DNA of 64,000 bases, from contig CM120641.1 of NCBI GenBank assembly GCA_051362555.1, positions 12,710,001-12,774,000 of the forward strand, read 5' to 3'. This stretch comes from Lingula anatina (lineage: Eukaryota > Animalia > Brachiopoda). Each line of letters begins with the position of its first letter. Position 1 is the first letter of the stretch. The notes below the pieces were generated by a model. That model was given only the letters and a program-made list of their open reading frames with translations. It was not told where the DNA came from and searched no databases. Positions 14,301-26,300 of this stretch are shown here, one piece after another. A program made the position numbers and the translations under genes.

Positions 14301-17300
14301 TACTCTGATATTACAGTGTATATATCACTGGCATCTTTTGATGTGGTGAAATTATGTATGCAAAAATTGCAATTAAATGTTTCATATGGTTAAAGTACGT
14401 GTGTAGTATGACATAAGAATGTCCATGTGGCCCACAGAAGTGACACCTTATTATAGGACACCCAGCATGGAATTCTATGATTAATGTTTGCTGCCATATT
14501 GAAAATGTGATACTTCATCTAAAGTAGGTAAGAGTTGACAAATTATGTATTCTTTGCAAGATTTTGGATTTTTTACATTGCTGTATCTTTTTTCTTTACA
14601 AAAATTGGTTTGTTGACGCAATTTGCTTCCAAACCATAAGAAGGAGTTTTTTTAGACAAAGAATGCTTAGCATTGTTTTTAAGTTCAGAAGTACCAATAC
14701 AGCTGATAATGTCAGTCATTGTTTGGCAGGTAAAAAGTCCTGATCACTTCTCAGCAGGAAAAACATTTTTCTTTTCTTGACTCTCTTCCAAGCCCCCTGG
14801 TTTCATTCGCCTTCATAACCAACACCATGGTGTGTTGTGGTATATAAAAGATGCTTCCTTTACTCTTAAACTCAGGATGATTTCATGGATCCCAAGCCAA
14901 GAAACTCAAATACTTAATTACTAATAAGTACAGTTAGCTGTGTTGTACCTGTTGTACCTGAGGTGCATATTAAAGAGCTGTTTGTTGCTTCGTGTTCTGC
15001 TTAATTACTGCCAACAATGCAGAGAAGGTAATTCAATTTTCTAACTGATTGTTTACTTTGTCGCCTGTGATTTCCTGGGGGTTGAAGTGATGTAATACAG
15101 GCATTGGAAAAGAACTCATTGGGAACATGTCGTACATTGAAACTAAGAAGCAAAAAGAACTCTTTTTGTTATTTTTATTTAACTTTTTTCAGTGTAGTGG
15201 AAAGATGCACCTAAAGTATTTGAACTAAAAAGTTACATGTTGTGTCTATCTTTACACAAAAATAATGTTTTTCAACAGTGGTCTTGAAATATCTACACTT
15301 CATATGGAAATAATCATTTTATTTACATACTTTATCAGTTGACTTGTGGAATTTTTCAGTTTAGGTACTATCAGACTGTTTCTAATTCCTAGAACACTGC
15401 CTGGTATATCTGGCCACCTGCTCTGACATGAAGCACCTGTTAACAGATGCTTGAAATGCTCCTACCATCCCTGTATTATATCACTGTTTATAATGCAGTC
15501 TAGACTTGGAAATTGGTAACAGTATACCACTGTTCACAGCCACCATTCTCCTGAAGTTTGTTTCCCCAGATGATGCCTGAAATATGCAGTTTGTCTGCTT
15601 GTTGGTTTGGTTAATGGCGTTTTCAACATGATATCACACAACTTAATCAAGTTCTGGTCTTTCAGAAAAATATGCTTTAATTATATTCTCATGACAAGAA
15701 CTGCACTTCATTACTGTTAATGATACAGTCTAGACATATTCCGAGACTGGATATGACTGTCAAAAACCGCCTCCTTCCTGGACATTGTGTTTCTCAGTTT
15801 AATACTTGGAATTTGTGGATTCTTTGTATCAGCTGATACACATCGGGCTCCATTTTGGGTCACTGAGGCATTTTTGTTACATAAACCATGACTTTCCTTA
15901 ATGCCACATATATCCTGTCAATATTCAGAGAATAGTTTAGACATGATCATATAGTTGGTTCTACTTTAAAATTATTTTTTTAAAGAAAACATCTTTTAAA
16001 AATCTCTGTTCAACTTTTCTTCAATTGTCAATCTCATTTACTATTTTATGTTGCTGATTGTGTTTAGTTTTGTTTACAAAATAGGCTTTACCAAAAATTA
16101 TACCTTATGCATGTATTGTACCAATATACATATGTAAACACAGTAAAAACATGCACAGAAATGAGGAAGATCCTTTACAGAGAGTAATGATAGTGTAGCA
16201 TGCATTCCCTCAGAGCTAGTGCTTCCATCAGTGCATTTATTTTAACAATGACAACAATTTATTTTCCTATGTGACAACACTCCTAAGGCGAGAAAACAGT
16301 TCTGAAAGAATGGCTTTGCCATCAAGTAACCTAAATCACCCTATCTAAATCAATCATTCTCCTATGCACCTTGGGGAAAAGTTAAGTTATAATATTAATG
16401 ACTTCTCTGAGGGCACTTGGCTGAATTGAGAGACAAAAGGGTAATAAAAGAGGAAGGGTGGAGACAGAGACTGAGGTGAAGCTATCATGTACACTTCCCC
16501 TTTTTAATTTGCCTACTTGAGGCATATATATACGCAGTTTTTACATCACTTTGAGTAACACATAACTTTCTTTCTACACCTTCTTGTGGTGAAGAAGATA
16601 TTTTGAGAAAAGTGAAATTACTGCTTTTGGCAACTGTTATAATGGTAACTGGAATTTTGATAAAATGTTTTTAAGAGTCATGAAGAGATGAGTATTAAAA
16701 TTTAAATATTTGACTTATGTATATCAAATGCCAAGTTTCATTTTTAAAGTGATAATTTGTTTGATGACTTATGTTCAAAATACAGTATTTACCTAAACAG
16801 AGTAGGAGTAGTATATTAGAGAGAACTAAACAGAAAAAGAGAAGTATATTTTTTACAGATCACTGAAGAGTACCAGTTTAATGATCATAATAACAGAAGG
16901 ACGATTTTTAGTACTTTAGCTCTCACTCTTTTCACATTTTTGTGGTCTGTTTTTAAATGACATCAGATACATCTATAAGATAAATTACAAAAAAATCAAT
17001 TACAGTGGTCAGTGTAGTAACTCTACCCCTTGACCCTTGATGAACTGTCTCAGTGGTGGTCATTGTAGTGGGTCATCTTGGTCAGGTTAGAGTTTATCAT
17101 CACCCTTACCTTATAAATTATTCTGTGCTAAAGATAAATGACCAGAAGAAGGGCACTTCCTGTGTGGTGTTGATTTTCCTTGTCATCCAGCTAACTTTGA
17201 GTCCTGGTATCCTAGATATAACAGGAGAATCACTGAAGCAGAACGAGAAGTCATAAGAAAATTGTTTTTTATTTATAATCTGATAAACAGTGATGGAAAT

Positions 17301-20300
17301 AATCTCCTAGTTTTTATCTGACCAAGAAATACCCTTTCATATCACCCAGATAAGTAAAATAAGTAAAAAATAAAAACACTCATTTGCCACTTAGGAAATC
17401 CTCTCATCTCTTAAAAACATGATCGCCATGAGACTCTGAAGTGGCATTGCATGTGAAAGAGTGACTTAGTATGCAAGTGCAAAATGATGGATGTCGCTCA
17501 GAGATTCATTGTCAAATCAAGTCACTTCTGGGAGATACTGCCATGTGCTGTGGCTACGTGATGATATATGGTGGAGCGTTAGATACAGAGACACTTCCAT
17601 ACAATAAAATGTCTTTAACTATTCAGATAAACCACTTTAAAATGGTGATATATTTGTCAAGAGACTAAATGGGAAGGGAATCAAATATGATGTATGAATG
17701 GTAAAAATGATGAAGGGTTTGGGTAGAGATGGAGTCGGGGGTAATTTCATTAATGTAACTTATTTACTAGTGATTTTACATTTACAGTGATGAATTGTTT
17801 AAAGACCTACAAACCATTCAAAATTGTAACAGCTTTGAATTATGAGTTCAATTTCAAATTATGTGCTCGCATATAATGCTACCTTTGTCTTGTGTCTCCC
17901 CTGAAGATCATCATAAAACATTGCATCTTAACAGGACATAATTCCTAATATTCTTGACAGTTACTGTCTTCTCAGGTAATAGGTTTTTGTTGATAAATTC
18001 AGAAATCATTTATTATTGTTGATTTTACAACTAATATTTTTAATATACTTTTTAACTTGGCACCCATTTTTTGTGAAAGGACGATTAATAGTTGAAAAAT
18101 GTGTGAAGTGTTCTATAATGTGTTAGGTCAGTTAAATTTAACAAGGGGACACCACAAATATAATAGATTTATGTGATTTCACTGTGAAAAACCTGTTGTT
18201 TACTTTTTGAAATAAATCTGTTCTCCATTGGAAACATTACATGTGTTAATGACTCCCATCATTAGGAAAGTAGTCAAATTAAAAAAGAAAAAGAAACCCC
18301 TTTAGATAAACATAAATGCTGTTAGTTGGTATGCCAATTAAATTATCATTTTTCTCTCTTTAGTCTTTTTTCTTTTCTTTTAGTGAAAAGAACACAAATT
18401 TAATCAATATGATCCAAATTTTTGTCCTGCGTTTCATTTTTTCCTATCAGAATATAAGAAAAGCATGAGTGGTAATACCAGAGTACTTTACCATATATAG
18501 TTAATATCACAAGCTAAACTGTTAGTCAGTTGTTTATGTTAAATGTCAAGTCACTAGCTCAGGGAACTAGCACCTGCCATGCATACTTCATGCAGAGAGG
18601 TGCGTCAGTGACCTCCGACCTCTGTGCTGTTCAACCTTTCCCTGCATCAACTTCACAACACCACATCACAGTACACAGTGGCACTGCACAGACACACAGG
18701 GCCACTGGGGAACTTTTCTTACATTGACACTAAAGAAGCAGTTTCTTTTTATGGAGTAATTTATATGTGCCAATAAGGAGAGAGACCGCAGCTGGTTTCA
18801 GTGGAATTTCACACCAAGTGCTATAGAAAACAGTTTTTTACACATCAAAGAAAGAGATTACAGGTAAATTTCTCATTGTTGTCTTCTGGACAGCTAGAAA
18901 GGAGGCTGCTCAGCAACCTACTCCAGGGCCTGAATTAGGAGAAATTCCATATGTGCTGCTGTATACCATTTAAGGAGCAGTTTTAATGCACAGATTTACA
19001 ATTGTTTATTATTTTTGATTTTAGAAAACAAGGAGAGAAACCACAGATCACCAAAACACTCCAGGATCTGGAGTGTGTGGAGGGTGAACCGGCTGTCATA
19101 GAGTGTAAACTGCATGGAACTCCCAAACCTGAGGTCACTTGGAGGAAGGATGGAAGGGAAATCCGTGCCACAAAGGTTTGTGATGTGTCTGATTGTTTGT
19201 TTGAATTTTCAGAGAGACTGTCTTATTTGTATTTAAAATTTAAATGTTTTTGTGTTATTATGATCAGTTTTACTCCTTGTTTTACCTAATCTCTGTGGTC
19301 TATATAGGCCTGCAATTGACCATAACTACAAGAGAAAAAGAATACTTGGAAAGTTGACACTGCCCCATATGAAAAAAGTCTAAAACCAAAGATCACAATG
19401 TATTTTAACAAGGGTCTTAATGAAACAGTTTTAACTTTTAAAAGTTAGATCTCCCTGCCAGAAAGAGAAAAAAACACCAGATGTAAACTAGCTCAGACTA
19501 GGACAGTTTCTTAGCCATGTATGTGAGAAAAGTGCTGGCAATATCCATTGATCATAAACCCCTGATACATGCAGGACCCTTTGATGCAGGCCCATTTAAA
19601 AGTTATTACATTTATGTAAATATCTTTAGTGGCATTTAAACAAGGGGCTTGTCTTTGTGACCAGAATCTAAAACAAAGAAAATGAAAATGTTCAGTCTAA
19701 GTTTAGACGCCATTACATTGATGAAGTGAAAAGGTAGACATTGTTGATGTGAGGAGATCCTTTTATTGCATCAAGTTGAAGGGACGTGCACATAAACTTG
19801 TCTGGTACAGTAATCTCAACTGTATGTTTACACCATAGGAAATGTCAGACAAGTTCTGTTACTATGTGGAGCTGTTTAAAAACTTGTTATTTTCACCTGT
19901 AAGTGATAGGTTTTTATTTAATCCTGTTAATGGAGGCCATTCCTGAAGACTGTCTGACCACTGGGCGAACAATGGGAGAGAGCATTAAGCTGACCACCTT
20001 TAGTGTTGGCTGTCGCTGTCACAATTGGTTACTTTTATCCAAGTGGCAGGACAGGTAGAACCATATAAGCCCTTGAAAAATTACTTAATAATCAAAATTA
20101 AAGTGTCAGGTGTTTGTTGTTAAGGAATGAGTATCCATAATTTGACACAAATGTTAAGTGATTTGGGGTTAATGTAGGTCCAAGTGGCAAGACTGGCTTA
20201 AGAGAATAAACACTAGAAAAATTCCTAAGGGATCAAAATAAAAGTGTCGATTGTTTATCTTTGTAAAATGCAACCCCTTATTTGGTAACTGTAAAATCCC

Positions 20301-23300
20301 TTATATGCCCAAGAGGCTTAAATGAACTGTGAAGTATTAGTATTTGCAAAATTCCAAAGTAGTCAAAACAAGTGTCAGCATCTGTCACCATTAAAAAGAC
20401 ACAAGTTTTACAACTGTAAGTACTAACATTGACTAATGATTACTAAAGTAATGGAGATAAAAGTGTCAGAATTTCTCTCTTTGTCACATTTAGAGGTCTG
20501 TGAATTTAAAAACAAGTCTTATTATATACAAAAAACCAGTAAATGCAATCAAATCCCTTCCACTTGCCAGATCATCTCAGTTGATGATTTATCACTAAAG
20601 TAAGAAATTCAATAAAAGTAGTGGGACCTAGATGATGCCTTAGTTGCTTTATTGGGAAAGGGGGACTTAAACAGGCAGAAAGAGTAGGATGGATAATTAA
20701 TTATTCAGCGAAATTAATATTGTATTGGGAGAGTGGCTGTTGTGGTACATGTATGTAAGTTGTTTGTCGTGTTTCCAAGTCTAGATGAATAAGCCTATTT
20801 TAGGATAACCCATCTCTTAGGTAAGGGAGGGCATGGTTTTAAATGTAAAAATTGAATTCTTGTTTATGGTTATTTGTATGCTGTTAGATTGGTTTCTTAA
20901 GCTGGACCAAGCAAAATCAGATGGTCTGCTAATATGGTTTGCACTAAGATAGGTTGATCGAACTTGAATGAAAACTTGACTAAAAACTGCCTCATGCAAT
21001 TATACGTTATATAAATGTAACAAGAGAGGGCAAGGTGAACTGGTGGGAGTCCAGGGAGGGGAGAAAGTACAGGTATTCATAAACATATTCAGATTTATAG
21101 AATTCAAGTAGATTGAGAGTTTTTGTTTGAATCTGCATGTAGACTTTTAAATAGAAAAAATGTATATATTTTAGTTTGGAAAAGATTGAATTGAATTCAC
21201 TAAAGTTTAAAAAACCAAAACTAAGTTATTTAGAATTGAATTTAAAAACCCTCACCTTATCTCTGAGCAAATAACAAAAACAAAAGTCATTTTGAAATGT
21301 CCGTGTACAGTAAGGAGAGTCACTATGAGCCCTCCAGCTACCTTAGTCTGGAACACACAAAAAAGGACCTTCCTGGAAAAAAGTGAGGAATTTTACCTTC
21401 ATAAGTCAAATGTTTTAGTACTAGTCTCACTTTTACATTCAGAGAAAAAACAGAAAACTTGATAAGTGGTTTGGTATGTGAACCAGTCCATTGCTTTGTG
21501 ACCCAAGCTAAGTCCTATCTCCATATATGAGCATGACTTGAAAGATGTTCACGTAAGAATAGGATATATTATAACTTGGGATGAGTCTACATAGGAGCCT
21601 TTCCTCACTGCTGACATGCTAAGAGGCCATTTTCAGTGCATGTTGCCAGTTATTTAGTGAAAGATTATTATTAAATGGAGCACACAGAAATATTGCAATG
21701 ATGTCATATGTTTTGGAAAGAAAAACTCATACACGAAAATTGTTGACATGAAAAAATGCCAAAATTACTAAAAGACAAATACTTTATTTAATTTTTTTTT
21801 TTCTTAAATTAATGACTCATCATTTTTATCACTGTACAAAAATTTGTGTCCACTGAATAAATCTTACTGTATCAATTAGGCCAAAAATTTTGATTTGGCT
21901 TTAATTATTCTACTGTTTTACTAAAATAAATTTAATCTCAGTGTGAGTGTTAAGGATTATATTATGTATATAAGGACATAACCAGTGTATTGAGGGGTAT
22001 GCAAGTGTGCAACCATGCTCATGAGTAGTGCAGGAATGGGGTATGATGAATGAAATAGGCTTGTCATTGATATTTCATCACACTATCTCATCTTCCTTAT
22101 CTGACACTGGCATCTGTGGAGGCTTATGGGCCTGCGTGGGGAAGATTTGTAGGCAGGGGCTCACAATTGGTTTTCTGCATATTAAATTGGATTTTTATTG
22201 ATGACTAATCAAGCTAGGGGTAATTGAATTAGAACTGGTCAGTCAGGCTATTGGAAATCTAAGTGCAGTGTTGTGATGGGTATTATTGGGGTACATAGGG
22301 CATATTGTCTGCAGTATTTGTTTTTAATTCCAAAAATGTAAACATGCTTGCATGCTGGAATGTCGATTGGGTGATTTTGCAAAACTTTTGGTCCAGCTTT
22401 GGACATAGTGTTTAAATATTTTCAAATACAGCCCGCCTGTTCACATGAGCAGGTGGCATGGAATGTGCAGAGATATGTTGTTGAGCACGATTAGAGCATT
22501 CTATGTGGGGAAAAGAAGATGGCAACAGACAGTAAGAATGGGAATGTGACAAACAATCCCTAGACAGGGTATGATAATATAATTTTGATCTTATATATTG
22601 GGGGTGGGGAAAGACTATTACAGACTGATAAAATTACATCCAAAAGTTCTAATTCACATTTTCCTAATTTTTGGTATTTAACTTTATTTTGATATTTTGT
22701 TTCTTTGCCGAAATTGGTCAGCATTTTATATTCATATTTACTATTATACTAAGGATTAATGAGGCACTATTTTGAGTAATTGGAGCGATCCATGTTTTTG
22801 TATATAAATTGTCTTGTGGTCAAAATTAAGAACCATGAACCATTATTTATGGGTAAATGCCGTTATTGGTCATGGTACAGAGTTAAGTGTATGTCACATT
22901 CCTGTGGTCACCAAGGGATAACCTTTGAGACAAAATTATGTGAATAAGCTTAATAATAATCCCTATTTATCTTACCAAGGCATCTTCTTTTTTGCGACTT
23001 AATGTCTGCCATTAGTCTCATAGATGTAGTAAAAATTCATTGGTAGTAAAAATCTGTGGTATGAAAATTCATTGGAGAAATGCTGAGAGAGTAATAAGAT
23101 GGGACAGACCAGGTGCAGTTAACTGGAATTGTATGTAAACACAAAGCTGATGTATGTTTTTTCTGTTAAGTTAGAGACGATAGATTTTAATCAGATTGAA
23201 ACCAAATACCCCTCTCCCCCTCCTAGGTACCTCAATTTACCTAATGAGATCGGTTATTAGCTGTGCCCCCTTGTCAGACCTCGGATTCCAGAGACAAAAG

Positions 23301-26300
23301 CTAGAGTCAAAATAACCTTCTAAGTCTGCCACACGGTCTGTAACCTTATTGGTCATTATTTACTAAATGACTTACTAAAAAAAGGGAAAAAAATCTCCTC
23401 CAAAATAGCCTGTGGAGACTATTATCCTAGAGTTACAGTTACATTAACATACCATTAGCATTCAAGCTGTAAATCAAAAATGACTGGGGACAATACAGGA
23501 TGGGAAGTTTCTATGGGTGTGTTCAAATCCTGTCTAAATTAAACCAAAAAGTGTAACTGATGAAACCAGATGGTAAAATTTATTATTAGGCCCCCATGGA
23601 GACCACAATTACTATGTAGAAGTTTTTAGATATGATAAGCAATCTGATTGTCTAGTTTCATTAGTTAGACCATTTACAGCTTGAATTACAATGGTTCTGA
23701 ATGCACCTTATGGCAGCTTGTAGTGGTTTTTAAAGAGAGGACACTTATGACTCAGTCCCACTCTATACTGTACTAGTTTGGATTACTTATCTAGCAGGCA
23801 TGTTGTGGGGACCAAATAAATTGAGTTAAAGGAAGGAAGGAGACAGTCAAAGGAATTATGCACTGTTACTTTGCTGTTTTAGAAAGGTAGGATATATATG
23901 CTGTGAGCACAACTGATAAAATTACTGCCATGCTGGTGGTTGTTACATAGATATTTAATTTCGATGTACAGAATGTAAGTTTTTACTGTTGTACCTGTTT
24001 AAAATAACATTTACAACTTGATTGTGTCATAACTTAAATGGGAAAGTATTTGTGGATTTGTCAGTGATTTGATAGATCCTATATTTCACAGGCAAGATAC
24101 TAGTTAGCTATTAAATTGTATTTTTTTTTTGGGGGGGGGGGGGGGGAACAAGAAAGTAGACTGTTGAAATGTTCAAAACTGAGTAAAGTAAACACAATTT
24201 CCCCTTCACAAAAATGCTTTCATTCATTAAAATATCAGTCATCACACTGAAGCAAAAATGAGTAACCCATTTCTTTAAAGTAAGCATAGAAAGGATCAAA
24301 TGTTAATTTGAACATTCCAAGCTGATTAAGGAAACTAATGACCTGATTGGTTTTGTGATCTTTGATATTAGTTGATACATTTGTTAGGTATCAGGCAGAC
24401 GGTGACTTGGGTCTGAAACATTTGAGAAATTCACTGGTGTTCTCTTCTGTGAGTTCTCCAAGTGTTTGAATAAGATAACGCGGTTGTCAGTTATTTGACA
24501 AATATATTAGATAGCATAGTTAAGTGTAGGTTAATCTCAAGGATCTTGTTGAAACTGTTACCAAGTATTTCAGTTCCTCAGGAAAGCAGTAGATTTAAGA
24601 TGTTGGTGGGACTGTATAACAAATCCTGTAAGATTTCTTCCTAATGATTGAAGCATTGTGTTGTGTGTGAGGTTTAGTGCAGTCAGACAGGAAAGTTTTT
24701 TTTAAGATAGTTTGTAACTTAATGCTCATAACTGTGTTATACTGTCATAAGATTATTACATAGTGTTTTAGAGGATCATTTTAATGTTAAGGGGTAATGT
24801 CAAGAATCTACTACCATAGGTTGGTTCATAAGCATGGGTTTGAAATGCTATGTTGTGGTTGTGGCCTTGGATTTATATTGTTCCGAGTCAATTATGTCAC
24901 TGTATCTTCAATCTTTTTTATTATTATTTATTTTTCATTAAACTTTGTAATTTTTGTTTTGTAGGGGATAGAGTTGAGTCACTTAGGAGATACCTGTAGG
25001 TTAAAATTCACAGAGACATACCTGGATGACGAAGGGGAGTACAGCATTACCGCAGTCAATGAGGAGGGCTCAGTGACATGCAAGTGCACTCTAAAAGTCC
25101 AAGGTATGTGTGCCTAACTTGATAAATGTACAGACTTATCAGAGGGATGAGATTATGCCTCTGATGAGCCTAAGAAGGAAGTCAGTATTTTTTTGTTAAT
25201 AACGTAAAAAAGTTGTGATTGGCATATGAATACCTTTTGTTATGGAATGGAAAAATTGAAAAGTAAATATGTGTGGGCAAAATGCTTCACAATTTTAGGA
25301 ATATATTTTATGCACTGAAAAAAAATCAGGTTAAGTTCTCAGCAACCTGCTGACTAATTTCATAAGAATGTGTTAAAAGTTATGAGAAAATAGCCACCCT
25401 CTCTGTTCTAAAGCCCATAATTACAGCAGGGAATAGTAAGGGAACTACTGTGTGCGTGAAACGCTCCATTACAAATTACTGTCATTATTCATGCAATATT
25501 GCATTTATAAAACCACACTCCACCCACTGTGTACCATGTCCTGGGCATGAACATGAGTAATGCTGTGTTTTCTATAGCTTTGATACGAGCAGGTGCACAG
25601 TTATGTAGTGTTGCAAGTTGTTTTTCATCTTCATATTTTACAATAGAGAAGTATGGCAATTGTTGTTCACCACAGCATGAAGTTTACAGAACATTATTTA
25701 GAATTTATTCCTAAGAGAAAAGCATGTGTGTTGTCTTTCATACAGTTTGATTATTTTCAAGATTGTTTGCAAGTTAAGTGATTAAAGATCATTCCTAAAT
25801 TTCATATTTACCTTTGGTATGATGCATGGTTGGTCTGTTTTTTGCATGTGGTTTACTGTTTATTTTAGAAGCAGTTGATCCCAGCCCCAAACCTAGAGTC
25901 ATCCCATCCAGCAAGACGGAGTTCAAAATGGCGCATAAGTTTGGCAAAAGTGGCATACAGGCACCTTCCTTGAAAGACAGGTTGGAAAAGTTTAATGCGG
26001 CTGAGGCCAAGCAACCTTTGCATGTTTTAATACCACCTCCCACCACTGCATCAACTACAAAAACTGTGTTTGTTTCCCCAAATCCTTCAAGTGCTGCCAA
26101 AAAGAAGTTTGAAGAAATTTCATTGGAAGTGGATACTAAAGGGAAAGTTTATCCAGCCAAAGGAATTCATCTAAGTTCTAGTAAGAGTTTTGATGAAACG
26201 GGCTCTAATAAGTGGAATGGACATAAAATAGATCACGGTAGCAATGAATCTGCTGCTTCAAAGTGGAAGAAAGGTCATTTGAACCTTCCAAGCAGATCAA

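Noticed and set aside
20276-20285. CArG box CCTTATTTGG (SRF site)
   Set aside because: Plausible for a muscle gene, but a single match in 64 kb of AT-rich DNA is expected by chance
25826-25868. Hydrophobic start MVGLFFACGLLFIL of the 1446-aa ORF as a signal peptide
   Set aside because: It is the translated pyrimidine tract upstream of the 25869 acceptor; the hydrophobic ORF tail after 29987 likewise looks intronic
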